A DNA stretch of 64,000 bases from Camelus ferus. Taxonomy: Eukaryota. The number at the start of each line of letters is the position of its first letter. The first letter of the stretch is position 1. Below, one piece after another: positions 38,636 to 51,039 of this stretch. A program made the position numbers and the translations under genes. The notes beneath the pieces were generated by a model. That model was not told the DNA's origin, searched no databases, and worked only from the letters and a program-made list of their open reading frames with translations. Location: assembly GCF_009834535.1 (NCBI RefSeq), contig NC_045698.1, positions 9,178,001 to 9,242,000 on the forward strand, in the 5' to 3' direction.

Positions 38636-39834
38636 GCAGAACACATTAGAATCTTGAAATGACTCCCCTCTATTATATAAAATACGAGGACCACATCCTT
38701 TGGAGATTGTCGGGTAGTAGGTTCTTAAAATCTTATTTTCTGAGATATTATTAAATGTCATTTACTTCTCTCTAAAAGAATCATCATGACTGGTTATCAT
38801 CAGGGGCTCAATACAGCACTTAAAAGATCTCCCCACACCCATTTCTATATAGCTCATTATTCATAATCACAAGGCTCTGTATTAACACTTATATTTGCTG
38901 TTCTGATATTTCCATATTCAATGAGATGTCCATCATTTAACAGGCAGCCATGACTTTACCCAGATGGCAGGTGCCAGTGACATCAAGGCCACCAGATTGT
39001 AAGCAAAATCAAATGAACATATGGAAGTTGATTTCCAAATAATTCCAGCCCTGCATGCATAGATTTAATATTTATTCTTATTTGGTAGAATAGCTCAAGG
39101 GGAAAAAATATAATATGTCTGAAAAACAGTCAGTTTCATGTTTTTGAAATTATATTGCTTTCAGTAATTTTAATAACTCAATAGATGTATTCCATACACA
39201 TTTTTTTCAAGAAAATACTTACAAGAAGATTATGCCAGAAAAGAATATAAAAAGAAATCTGTGTTTATGATAAATTGAAGTCACTTATTTACTTGTCTTT
39301 TTGTTACGTGGAGAAGAGAGAAAAAATTGTTAAGACAACAAAATGAATAATGTAACATGTTTCTATGACTACAAGAACAGACATATCGAATAGATCCTGT
39401 TGTTAGACGTTTGACAAAGTAATAAGCAAAGAAGAAAAATTCGCATCTTAGGTACAAAAGTTTGCAGTTAACAATATAAACAGTATAGTGCACATTCTGG
39501 AACACTTATGATTTCATTTTGAATAAGGTAACGTTCTAAGTACCGGTAGTAGCTACTCATAAAGAATTTTCTGTTTCATTTCATTTTTAAACAATGTATA
39601 AAAAGGTGTTTAAAGTGAGTATTACAGAAAAAAGTCCTCCTCCTGGAACTCAGATTGACACTTTTATGATCGCTAAGAGTGCTGTGTTGTGACAACCTAT
39701 TTCCGTAGGATGGACATGAATGTATTTTTTTCTTTTATCATGATTAATGTAAGACACTAAACTTCTTCACAAAATTGGAAATATTTTCTTCTCAAGATAA
39801 TCTGAAAGGTGAGGGCAGGATTATGAAGTGGGGG

Positions 39835-39960
39835 GAAAAAGCAGTGTGTTTGGGATGAAAAGATAAGAGTTTGAGTCCTGAATCTCCCCTTTCATCTGGA
39901 TCCGCTCCCTTATCTGGGAAATGAATGAGTTGGTCTGAAAAAATGATTTCTCTTCCAACA
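39835..39960 (+). mobile_element. MIR-family remnant
   Basis: GAAAAAAGCAGTGTGTTTGGGA..GAGTTTGAGTCCTG..CCCTTATCTGGGAAATGAATGAGTTGG. Confidence 0.45.
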
Positions 39961-40229
39961 ATGAGTGAATATGTTCCAGATACCAAGCTGAATCTTCTGT
40001 TTTAGAGGTTTCTCACATTCCATGGAGACCATCCAGACAAGCCAAAGCCTTGTTTCTCCAACTTTCAAGAAGGACCTGATCAGCCTGCACTGTCCACCCT
40101 TATTTTATCATCTTCTAAACTCAGCATTAGACTAGAACAGAATGTGGTTAGTCATCATGTTCAGAAAGGCTTTTTCATCCTGGGAGTGTGAGAGAGCATG
40201 TAGCCTGTCTAATCTGTGGGGCTAAGCCC

Positions 40230-40400
40230 TCCTTCCCATGATTATTCCTAACAGAAAATGCATCATACTGTGTAATAATTATACACCTACTTATCTGTCT
40301 TTCCTTACTAGACTGCAGATGTCATGAAAATATCGTGGAAAAGACAAAGGTTTCATTTTTACCGCTGAATCCTGAGTACCCCACGCAAGGAGTCCATGTT
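40230..40400 (+). mobile_element. L2 3' fragment
   Basis: ACTTATCTGTCTTTCCTTACTAGACTGCAGATGTCATGA..TTTTTACCGCTGAATCC resembles the L2 3' end. Confidence 0.5.
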
Positions 40401-41949
40401 TAACGTCTATGTGATGGAGCACTATGTAGACCAGGACTCAAAGTGTAAGAAGATAATAAAGATTTAATCAGTCTAATGAATGTGAGTCAATCTTTGGTTT
40501 TGGTTCTTCATTGTTCTAAGTATATTTTACACTTGAAGTTTTATTAGTATTGCCTCTATTGATATTTTCACAGACTCATACAAAATATAAATTTCCTTAA
40601 AATCAACTATCTTTTATCATTAAAATAACCTGTCTACAATGACTTGAGAGTCACTCAGCCAAGAGTAAAGGATGTTGTTCTTTTTAGTTAAATATAAAGA
40701 AACTTTAAATAGAAGCACTTCAAATGTAACCCAATGCACATTAATTACATACAAATTAGAAATATATTTATATTTTGTTGAACAGTTATTTATTTTTTAT
40801 TGAGTTGTCTTCACAATATTTTTCCATTGGAAAATAAAAACATTGCATGTGATAACATTTAAGAACTTTGATAAAAGGTATTTTAATTAGAAAAGAGCTG
40901 TTATTAAATTGACATGTTTTTCCTGTGTTGTGAATTGATAGTCTGAGTAATTTATATGTATCTTTCATACCTTACTTATTAATTTCTACATAAACTTCAT
41001 AGGGTTTGGATGTTTTTATTCCTAAATTACGTCATCTCTGTGCACCTGAGCCAAACAAATCCCAATGTCTCCAGGTTATTAGACAGAGTTAGCAAAACAC
41101 TTGCATCTGTAACACCTGGTGGCAGTAAAACATAAGTGCAGATTGGACTCTTGAAAATTAGTGAAGTCTTTAGCATCTTGAGGATTTTGGCAACAATAAA
41201 AGTGACTACAAAGTGACACAAAGAAACCAAGTGGTGGAAATAGCTAATTTTGCTTCACTAGAGCCACTAAAGATACACAAAAATAAATACAATTTTGAGT
41301 TATCTCTTTCTGGTCTCCGTGTCATCCTGCTCAATTTTGCACAAGTGAGCTAAAGTGGGGTGAGCAAAGTGTCATAATCAAATGTAGGAAATACGTATCT
41401 TTTTCAATTTTAAGAGAAGCAAAGCATCTTGAGGTATCAGCTTCTGGGAGGTAAAGTAGAAACATGTAAAGAACACCATCAAAATTCCCATAGCCTGACT
41501 CCTGAAGAATCTTGAAGCAGAAAGAAACCAATTTAGTTCTAACTTAATTGGATGAAATTCAAGAGTAATCTATTGCAGACTATACTGAAATTACACTGAT
41601 GTTTGGCATTTACAACATATGTACTTGAACTTCTCAGAAGGCTGATTGTTGCAACTATTTCTCATGCAAATTCACCAGACACAGAGAAATGCATGCACTA
41701 TGGAGTGCAGGGTGTTGGGTCTGGTTCTCAGCCTGTCCCTGCGTAAGGACAGGTCTTTGAACAATTATCATACCAGTTATTTATGCTTATAAAGTATACA
41801 GAGAACACTTAGTATTTCAAAAAACAATTCTGTGTCTTTGAAAAATATCTCTGTCCTGTCTTCTGCTTTCATTAACAGTCATAAGCTTTTAGTAGATTCT
41901 CCCAATTCTTTCTTTTTCCGTATTTCCAAATCCTAGCTTCTCCCTCTTA

Positions 41950-43220
41950 TTTCCTCAGAAATTTTTAAAACAATTTGAGCAATGACCACAGTATGCTTAC
42001 ACTTTGAAACAACTCCTTCCATTTTGGAGTTGTTCACTCATTTGGCTTCTATGATATTCATTAGTTTCCTGGCCTTCTCTGCCTCCCTCCAGTTTCCCTT
42101 TCATGGTAATTCTTTAAACATATTTCTCCATTCCTCTCCTTTTGGGTCAATATTAATTACCATCTTTATCGATCACTCTAAAATGTGTAATTTTCTCCCA
42201 TGGTGTCCATGAATTTTAAATTTTAATATCCAGCTGCCTGAAGGACATGGGTACCGAGAATATCCTTACGTATTTCTGTATAAATCCATGCATACTTGAA
42301 ATTACCATCTTCTCTCTGAAACATTTCTGTCTGCCTTTATTTCATTTTATCAGTATGTGGCACAATCATCCACACATAAACCCCAGAAGCTTGGAAGTTG
42401 TCCTAGATTTCTCTTCCACCCTAGTTTCTTACCAACTGAAACTCTTTTTCTTAATAGCCTCCACTTCTAAGTCCATTCTACCACCTCCATGTTTCCTGAT
42501 ACCACACAGGCTCTTCTAAACGCTCCTGAACAATTCTGGTTGAGTTTACCACTGCCTCCCCCTTGTCCCTTCAAATCCACATTTTACAGAACTGTCAGGC
42601 TGAACTGAATAAAAAAAAATAAATGAACACCAACAGATCTCAAAATGAAGTCCGCAGACCAGCATTACCACAATGAACTGGGAAATTGTTTGAGATGAAA
42701 ATTTCAAGCATCATCCCAGAGCCAACAAATCTGAAACCCTATGGATGGGGTCCAGAGTCTCTGTTTTACAAGCTTTTCATGTGATTCTGATGCATTTTCA
42801 GGTGTGAGAATCAACATTCTGCAACATAAAATCCAGGGCACATACATGTTCTCTGTAAGTTCTTCTTTCTTGCAGCTAGGCTGTTTGTTTTGTCCACCTG
42901 AAGCATCCTTGCAATCTTTACTCATCTAAACTCCTCAGTTCAATCATTTGGACGGTTCAGATGTCCTCAGTTCCACGACTTCTTTTCTTACTCCAAAGAT
43001 TCTCTGTCTTCCTGACTCCTCTAGTTTTTGGTGCACAGCCTTATACTTTTTTTGCCCCACAGTTTCCATTAGCTACAGTTTCTTCATTTTCTAAACTGCA
43101 TCTCTCTGGGCAAAGAATGGTGTGCTATTTATTTTTGTATTCCCAAAGACTAAGCACACTGTTTACAAATGACAGATAGTCAATAAGACATTTTCTAATG
43201 TACTAAACAAATGAATAAAT
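41950..43220 (+). mobile_element. L2 3' region, interrupted by MER5A
   Basis: GGCACAATCATCCAC..CCCAGAAGCTTGGAAGTTGTCCTAGATTTCTC..; ends TTTGTATTCCCAAAGACTAAGCACA..TCAATAA..AAATGAATAAAT (L2 tail). Confidence 0.7.
42630..42820. mobile_element. MER5A hAT MITE
   Basis: TCTCAAAATGAAGTCCGCAGACCAGCA..CTGGGAAATTGTTTGAGATG..AATCTGAAAC..GTGATTCTGATGCA..GAGAATCA. Confidence 0.8.
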
Positions 43221-43864
43221 TGGATCATGGATCCTGCATCCTTGATACCTTACATCCTTCACGCAGAAGGAAAATGTATACATACGCGTAGCTCTAACAG
43301 ATGTGCACTGCTTCCTCTATTATCCCATGAAATTCAGTATCTCTAGGCTTTTGCAGGAAGATGAGACTTTTACATTTACTTATTCACTTTCAGGTTTAAA
43401 CCTACAGCAACAAAAAATGGCAAAAACATGTCTAAGTAGATGAGAAAGAAGTAACACCACACGAGTACTTTAGCCACAATCTGACTTCTAAGGAAACTGA
43501 CAGAACCATTTCCAATGCAACATGTCAACAGTTCTACTTGGTTCAGCAGAGACCAGGAAAGATCTTGATATTGAAACATGCTTGAAAACGGAAGGAATGA
43601 TTTAGTAAAAAAGGGAGAGAATAATTAGGCATAAGAGAATGGCTAACTTAACAAAGAAAACTTTACTGAGTAGATAAAAATGGTGGTGATCTCAAGGGGA
43701 AGTGTAGTGACTTGAGATGAGGAAGACCACTCTGTACTGAGGGCAGAACCAACAGAGAGATGGCAAGACGAGCCCTAGGAATTAGGACATCTGCACAGAT
43801 ATTGCTGAGAAGGCAATAATAAACATGGTGTACGGAGTTTTTACAGTTCGGTATGAGAAAAACA

Positions 43865-44290
43865 TAAAAAACAATCAAGAGATCTGACTAGGCACTTCAC
43901 AAAGAGGAAAATTTAAGTTGACTTTGAAACTAATGAAAAAATGCCCAAGCTCAATACGAATAGGAAAATGCCAATAAATTAAAATGCCAGAAACACTACA
44001 ACAAGCAGCCAATGAGCAAAGACTAAGAAATCTCTTATTTTCTAGAGTGGGTGAGGACACAGGGTGACTAAAGCTCCCATCCCTTGCTTAGAGGAGAACA
44101 TTTGAATATCAGTAACCAGACCCCAGCAACTGTATCTTCACATATTTGCCAAAAATACTTGCGCATATGTCCACAGTAAATATTCACAGTGGCTTTATTT
44201 AGAGTAAGTAGCCCCCAAAATGTGAAAACCAATTGCTCACTAATAATAGATTTTAAAATTGTGGTACCATTCTTTTCAAAATTGAAAAAA
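43865..44290 (+). mobile_element. Degenerate L1 ORF2 C-terminal remnant
   Basis: CAAGAGATCTGACTAGGCACTTCACAAAGAGGAAA..ATGAAAAAATGCCCAAGCTCA..AGGAAAATGC resembles L1 KDLNRHFTKE..MKKCS. Confidence 0.65.
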
Positions 44291-46701
44291 AAAAAGAATT
44301 ATGCAGACCTCCCTGCAAATCACCATTAAATAAATCAGTAAATGCAAATATAAATAAAGATGAAGAGAATGCTCAGGCCTATGGTCAATGCAATTATTTG
44401 ACTGCCCCAGTGGGCACTGATTAGTTTAACTGTAGAATGAGTCCTCTTCAGTACTAAGGAAGATGGATTTCTGAGAAGATGGTTGACACAGAGTAAAGAA
44501 GAAAATACAATCTGATCAAGGCAGTCAAGGGAATTTGATATTTTTCCTCCCTCTAATATACTCCCCCAAAAAACCTTACAGTTTTTAATTTCTGCCCTCC
44601 CACCTCCATTCTACCAAGTAAATGGAATGCAAAAGAAAAATATATCACTAACTTTGATTTTCCCTATTTTATAGTACATCCATAAGATATTTCTCATCAC
44701 CAAACCAAGCCAACCAACCAACCAGCACCAACAGAAACAAAGTTGAGTAGAGAAAACAAGGACGTGCAGAAATATTCTTGATCAAAGTTGAATATTAGCT
44801 ATCTGATTCCAGATATACATTCCATAGAGAGGAGGTATCTGATATGTACATTCTGAATACTAAAAATCGTCTTCGTCTGTGTGGAATTGCTATTCTGGGC
44901 TAGATACAAAACAAGAAAATGTGGAAGAAAGAGAAGAGCAATTTCTCCTTGGTTGTTCTGAAAAGGAAGCAATTAAAGATTTTAAAATCAATACACATAA
45001 CATCCAAAAAGTAAAACCTCATTAATTGTGCAAAGATGGGGCAGTCATCATTACCAGAGAAGAACAAGATAGCATTTACCTCTAGAAAAGAAATGATGAC
45101 TCCATCTAACATTTAAAGTTCAATTATCTGAAAATGACTTTAGTTCTTTAACATCCTATAGCAGCAGTTTGGAAAGGAAAAGCTATGTTTTTTAAATACT
45201 GCTTTCAGTGGGTTTTAAAAGTTGAGCTCTATCAGAGACTTAACAGCTTGAAATGTTAATAGAAGAAGAGAATACAATTGAAGTAAATACAATTTGTTTT
45301 TACATCACAATTTCGTAGGGGAAGGTGCCCCCAAAACAATTATGACTGCAGCTTTCAAACAACAATAACGTTAGGTGGCAGACGGAGCACCTGCGAAAGC
45401 TGTGAAGTCAGGATAAACTTTGACACCACAAAAACAATGGCCTGAAAAGATGAGCAAGAACGTAAAAATGGCAACAACCCTAGCAAGTAATTTGCATATA
45501 GTGTTTCTGTGTGTATATTTATGTATGTGGCTGAAAAGACATTTTCCTCTCAAATATTTATGGGTACGAAAATGAACATCCCAGTCGGTTTAAATTATTT
45601 ATTTCTGCATTTCCACTTTAAATAAACAGACATCAACCTGCATCTCTCTCCTTTGGTGTAAAAACATTTCATATCCAGAATTAGTTATGGAACACCAGGC
45701 TATAGATTTGCCAAGACTCTCTCTGGCAAGCGAGGATATTTCTAACAAGAGAAATAGCACAGCCCACATTGCTGAAGTCCTTGGTGCCTGAAACACACGT
45801 GGTCCAGGGGTTTACCCAGGTACCATTGCTAGAACTGAGGGTACACTGTTTCTCCATTTCCCTTTCTTTGGCTCAGAAGGAGTGGCTTGATTTGGTAAAT
45901 CTTCACCTTAAGGAAGTTAAGACTGACCCAGTACACTCACGCATACTTTCCATATTTTCGAATATTTTAACTTCATAAAATTTTGAGATAAAATGCACAA
46001 AGTAAGAAATTTTAATGGCATATCTGTATATGTACTATTCTCATGAATTAAAATAGTTTGTTTCAAAATAATGAGAATTAGAACTATTAATAGTAAGAAT
46101 AATTACAAGGATCAACAGTCATGTATATTAAAGTGAATATAGCTTTCCTTATTAATAAAAAAAATGCCTGTTTCTTTTTGTCTAGTACCATGTAAGTGTC
46201 AAATAAATAGACTAAAATACATTTTATATATATTATGTATATACAAATACGTAAATTTATACATATGTGTATCTAAGTGCTTATATTTGAATCTATTTCC
46301 ATGTGTATCATTTTGACATTGTTTTCAAGTGATTGTTACAGTTTTTGCCCATTTTACTGCTTACTCTGCTGCCTTTTTCTTACCTTATTGTAGACACTTC
46401 AAAAATATATTCAAGAAACTATATTCTTGAAGTTCTGCAAGACTCTTAGGACAGTAGTAATAAGAATGAAGTTTAAGACGATACTGATGACTTAGGAAGC
46501 AGATTTAAGAGGAACACGGAAGGCTCCCTGTTGAGAGGAGCTGTAATTGATGGGTGCAGTCCTAATTAAATTAAAATGTTGGTGGTATCCTTCATCCTCC
46601 ACTTATTGAGTTCCCCCTACACTGAACATTGCAGGCCATTTATTCCAAAAGTTGCCTAAGCCTTAACACTGTCCCTGATCTGGCAACATACCTAACGGTT
46701 G

Positions 46702-47165
46702 TGTTGTAGATTGATTTATGCCCCTGCAAAAGATATGGTAAAATCCTTACCCATGGTACCTGTGAGTGTGAACATTTTTGGGAACAGGGTTTTTGCAGGT
46801 GTAATTAAGATATCAGTTGAGATGAAGTCATACTGGAGTAAGGTGGGTCCTTACTCCAATATGACTAGTGTCCTTACAGGAAGAGGGGAAGAGGCACAAG
46901 AAGAGAATCATACAGAGGGGAGGTAGTGTGAACACCCGAGGAAAACGTCAGTGTACAAGGGATGCAGCGATTGTAATGATGTATCTACAGACAAAGTTGC
47001 CAGAAAGAGCAGAAGCTGAGAGAAGGCATTAAGTTGATTCTCTAGAGAGCGAGCCTGTCCCTGCCATCTTGATTCCAAACTTCTATCCTCAGAAATGTGA
47101 GAGAATAGATTTGTTTTAAACCGTTCAGTTTATGATAATTTGTTGCAACTACCACAGGGAAGGAA
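46702..47165 (+). mobile_element. MLT1C/B-like solo LTR
   Basis: GTACCTGTGAGTGTGAACATTTTTGGGAACAGGGTTTTTGCAGGTGTAATTAAG..GAGATGAAGTCATACTGGAGTAAGGTGGGTCC..AGAAATGTGAGAGAATAG..GATAATTTGTTGCA. Confidence 0.88.
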
Positions 47166-47849
47166 TGTGATAAGAACACATTCCAATATGTTAATTCAAC
47201 TCAAATATCTTTTAAAAATACCCTGCAACCTTATGTGTTTAAAACACTGTGGTAATATATGTGCCTCCCATATTACTGAGCAATCCTTTTTTCAAATAGA
47301 TAATTGCTTAAAGCCTGGTGAGATTTTGCTTGATCATCAAAGACACTTTGGGGATGGTGACAATAAAAACAAGGTTGCTTTGACTCTGGATGTTGTGGAA
47401 ACAGTCTACTGGGGCAAGTACAGAGGGAAAGTGACAAGATTATGTCAGAAAAGGGAGACGCAGAAAGCTGCTCTCTTTCCGAGAAAGCAAATCTCCAGGA
47501 CTTCCATTTCCTCATGGAGACTCTCATTGTGTGCCCAGCAGTGCGACAGTCACTTAGCCGAGATGATGGAACTACAAGGCATAAGTCTCTGAGTTAAGGA
47601 ACTCAGTGTCTTCTCTGTCATAAACTTGCATAAGGTAATCTCAAGAATTTCTATGGCAAATACGTAGACAAATATGTGACTTGCATTTTCTCCTGTCTTA
47701 AACCTTATGCTTTAGTTCCAGGAATCAGTCTGGATCCTACAGCAACACTCCAAGTTAGCCCTTTTCCCCTTGATATTGGAAACCCTAGTGAATGACCTGT
47801 TTCTACTCTCCTCAATGGAAGAAAGTTCTAACAGATCGAACTCTTCTTT

Positions 47850-48765
47850 TAACTATTGTTGCATAACAAATGACCCCAAATTCAATCTATTTACTAATGG
47901 TTGCAACAAATTACAAAAATTTAACAGGCTAAAATGACTAGTTTATATTTCTCATAATTTTGCCACTAGTGTATTTTTTTAGTTACTGTGCAATTACCAG
48001 AAACTTAGGAGCTTAAAACAGCAACCATTCATTATCAGAAAGTTCTTGTGAGTCAGGAGTCTGGTCATGAAATAATTGGTCTTGCATGACAGTGTCCATC
48101 TTCCAAGCCAGCAGAAGAAATCTCTCTCTGCTCAGCTACCACAGAAACTTATAAAATGCATAATCACAGGAGAGGCTGTCTTATTACCTTTGTCTTATAA
48201 AACATGGCATAATCAAGGGACTGAATATCCTATTATAGTCACAATTCTCGCCTACACTCAAGAGGAGTGGAATATTGAGGGTGTGTACTCAAGACTGGAT
48301 GTACTTGGGAACCATTTTAGAATTCTATCTACAGCTGTCAGGAATTAGGGAAGAACTTGTCTGTGCATTTCCTACTTGTTTGGGTCCTTCGTGGGATGAA
48401 GGCATATGTCAGCTCTTTGCAGTCATCTGAAGGTTAGGCTGGGCTGGATACCCAAGATGACTTTCTCAACATGGCAATATCATTGCTGGCCATCGTCTGG
48501 AAGATATCATAGAAGCACACAGGTTCTGAAGCATGGAGAGTTAGACTTCTGAAATGGCAATTGGAGGGGGTCATTCTGGATCAAGTATTCAAATAAACAT
48601 GGTTGAAGCAGCATGGTCCCCTCTGACTTGGCCTTGGAAAACTTTCTTTGTTATTTTCCTTATATGCTATTGGTTAAACCAGTTTCAAATCCAACCAGTT
48701 TGAGAGTAGGGGATCTTCAATGAGAGGAGTGTCAAATAACTTGCAGGCATGTTTTAAAATTAGAC
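47850..48765 (-). mobile_element. Older MLT1 (G/H-like) LTR with an MLT1E-like LTR nested at about 47970-48333
   Basis: Repeated antisense LTR ends (TTGCATAACAAATGACCCCAAA; AATTACCAGAAACTTAGGAGCTTAAAACA). The inner element ends CCATTTTAGAATTCTATCTACA and the outer ends GAGGAGTGTCAAATAACTTGCAGGCATGTTTTAAAA. Confidence 0.7.
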
Positions 48766-49437
48766 ACTAGAGTATAAGAACAGTGAGTCAAGTTACCAAT
48801 CTGTATGAGGCTCTGTCTAAAAATTACAGTGATACCTACTTAATAGAACTCTTACAATAAGAAAACATGGCAAACGTAGATGTAAATAGGGTACAATAAT
48901 GCTAACTGGTTTTGTTCTGATTTTCCCAGTGCGTGTCATTTTATCCTTCACCTGCTGTTTCACTAAGGGTCTCACCCTGTTTCTGTATTAAGAGAGGGCA
49001 TTCTTGATACTTTCTCTGAGGGACAGTTTGTGTAAAGTGATAGTGTGTTCACTGATGAGAGAGTGAATTTTCAGATAATTCATCTGCTTGTGGGTTCACA
49101 GGCATTTTTCCTTAGTCAAATTAGATCAACCTATTTGCACAAAACATAATTGAATCCTCTGCAATCTTTAGAGGTAAAGTTTCTTATTTTCCTCATTGCT
49201 ACCTACAGCTGAAGCAGGAAGAGACTCCATCTTTATCATCTTCCGTACAATTTTAAAATTTTCTTTTCCAATATGACCTTATATAAAACAACAATTCTGA
49301 ACACCTTTTCAATAGTCATAACAAAGTCATTAAATAGAATAACTTTCAGTCGGACTTTTGTACAATTCATATATGTGGTTGAATACCTATAGTAGTTTCA
49401 AATTTGTATATTTACCTCTATTTCTAAGCAATTTTTT

Positions 49438-49573
49438 TCTTTTATATATATATTTTATTGAAGTATAGTCAGTTTACAATGTTGTGTCAATTTCTGGTGT
49501 ACAGTATAATGCTTCAGTCATACATGAACATGCATATATTTGTTTTCATATCCTTTTTCACTGTAGGTTACAA
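49438..49573 (-). mobile_element. Young, very short L1 3' end insertion
   Basis: TTTTATTGAAGTATAGTCAGTTTACAATGTTGTGTCAATTTCTGGTGTACAG, nearly identical to the copy at 63265-63430; flanked by CAATTTTTT (49429-49437 and 49574-49582). Confidence 0.85.
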
Positions 49574-50988
49574 CAATTTTTTAACTTAAATGTGTACTTG
49601 CTAATGTTCCCTTTTCTGCTTTTTATTCTAATGGCTTGAACTACAGTCACTTAATTTAAATGCCTTAAATGAATGACTATTGATCAGTTAGTTAAGTTAC
49701 CCTTTATCTTTTCTTTATTTAAAAGCCTACCTTTATTGTAACAAGTGAGAAACTTTTTCAATGAAGTAATTATGATGACACTTAGAGAAATGCTGTAGCA
49801 AGTGAAATTAGTAATTAATGTATATACAACCAAAATGTTAATATAAATAGTTTTAAAGTTATAGTTCTGGACATTTATGACTAAAGTATATTAATAAAGC
49901 ACTTCATATATAGTAATATAAAGTTAGGTTTCACTTATTTTTGGTAGTCTATGAGAGGTTGGTATTTCAGTTTGAAATTTATATAAATTAGAATTCTTAA
50001 CCTTTAAAACAATTGGCCTATTTTAACTTGTAAGTGAGCAAACATAAAAAAAATCGATACTTTTTACACATCAAGAAACATTTTAAAAATGTACAATTTA
50101 ATGCTTCATGCACAATGGATTCTGATACTGTGAGTAACTTGGATTTCATGTTGGGATTAATAATGCTGGGTTTTTTGTTCATTTCTTTACAGTTTTGTAG
50201 TTTCCTCTTGATGCTTTGCAGGTTCTACAAAACTTGTGACTGACAGACTCCTGGGATGGGTCACCTGAGGAGATTCATTTAACCTTCCCACAGTTCTTGG
50301 GATATTTATTTTAAATGTTTTTCCCACAAGCACTTTATGTGTTCGAACAGACCCCTGGGCTCTAATAACTCAGAAAAGCTTACATTTGACTTTCAGCCAA
50401 ACCTCTCTCCAAGCATATATTTTCCCCAAATGCCAAATTTGGAATCATCAATACACAAATTCATTGTAAAACTTCAATTCATTATTCAGAATGGAAAATT
50501 GGAATACACCTAGTAATCTATCAAATTGACAAGAAAAGTTATAGTTATAATGTTTTCCTGGCATAGCCCAGCTTATTACTTATTATAAATCTCCTCCCGG
50601 TCCCCCTAATTATTTAAACTCTTTATTCTGAACACGGATACAATAATGAAACAAAACACATCACTTCTGTTTATTTTTAGGTAACTGTTGGGAAGATGAG
50701 AAACACTTATAAATAATATTCAACACTAATTAATAAAATGGCTTAATGGAAATGGGTCACAGCAAATTAAAAATATAACATATATCTCAAATATACCCAT
50801 GCATGTTTATCCCAACAATCAAGTGCCATATGTATGAAAGAACCTCTAACTCGGTTTAGAAAGTCACTTACACAGGTGTTGGTCTACAAGGTAGAGTCAT
50901 CATTTCTTAGGCTGACTGCAATAACTGTTGATTTCAGTGATGAAAAGTTGAAACTAAATTGCAGAAAAAATGCCCAGGATGCACCTTT

Positions 50989-50990
<2 letters not shown>

Positions 50991-51035
<45 letters not shown>
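50991..51035. repeat. (AC)22 microsatellite
   Basis: Perfect dinucleotide run. Confidence 0.99.

Positions 51036-51039
<4 letters not shown>

Noticed and set aside
47140..47592. Longest ORF in the window (150 aa)
   Set aside because: It has a non-ATG start inside an MLT1 LTR end and no recognisable homology; the length is compatible with chance.
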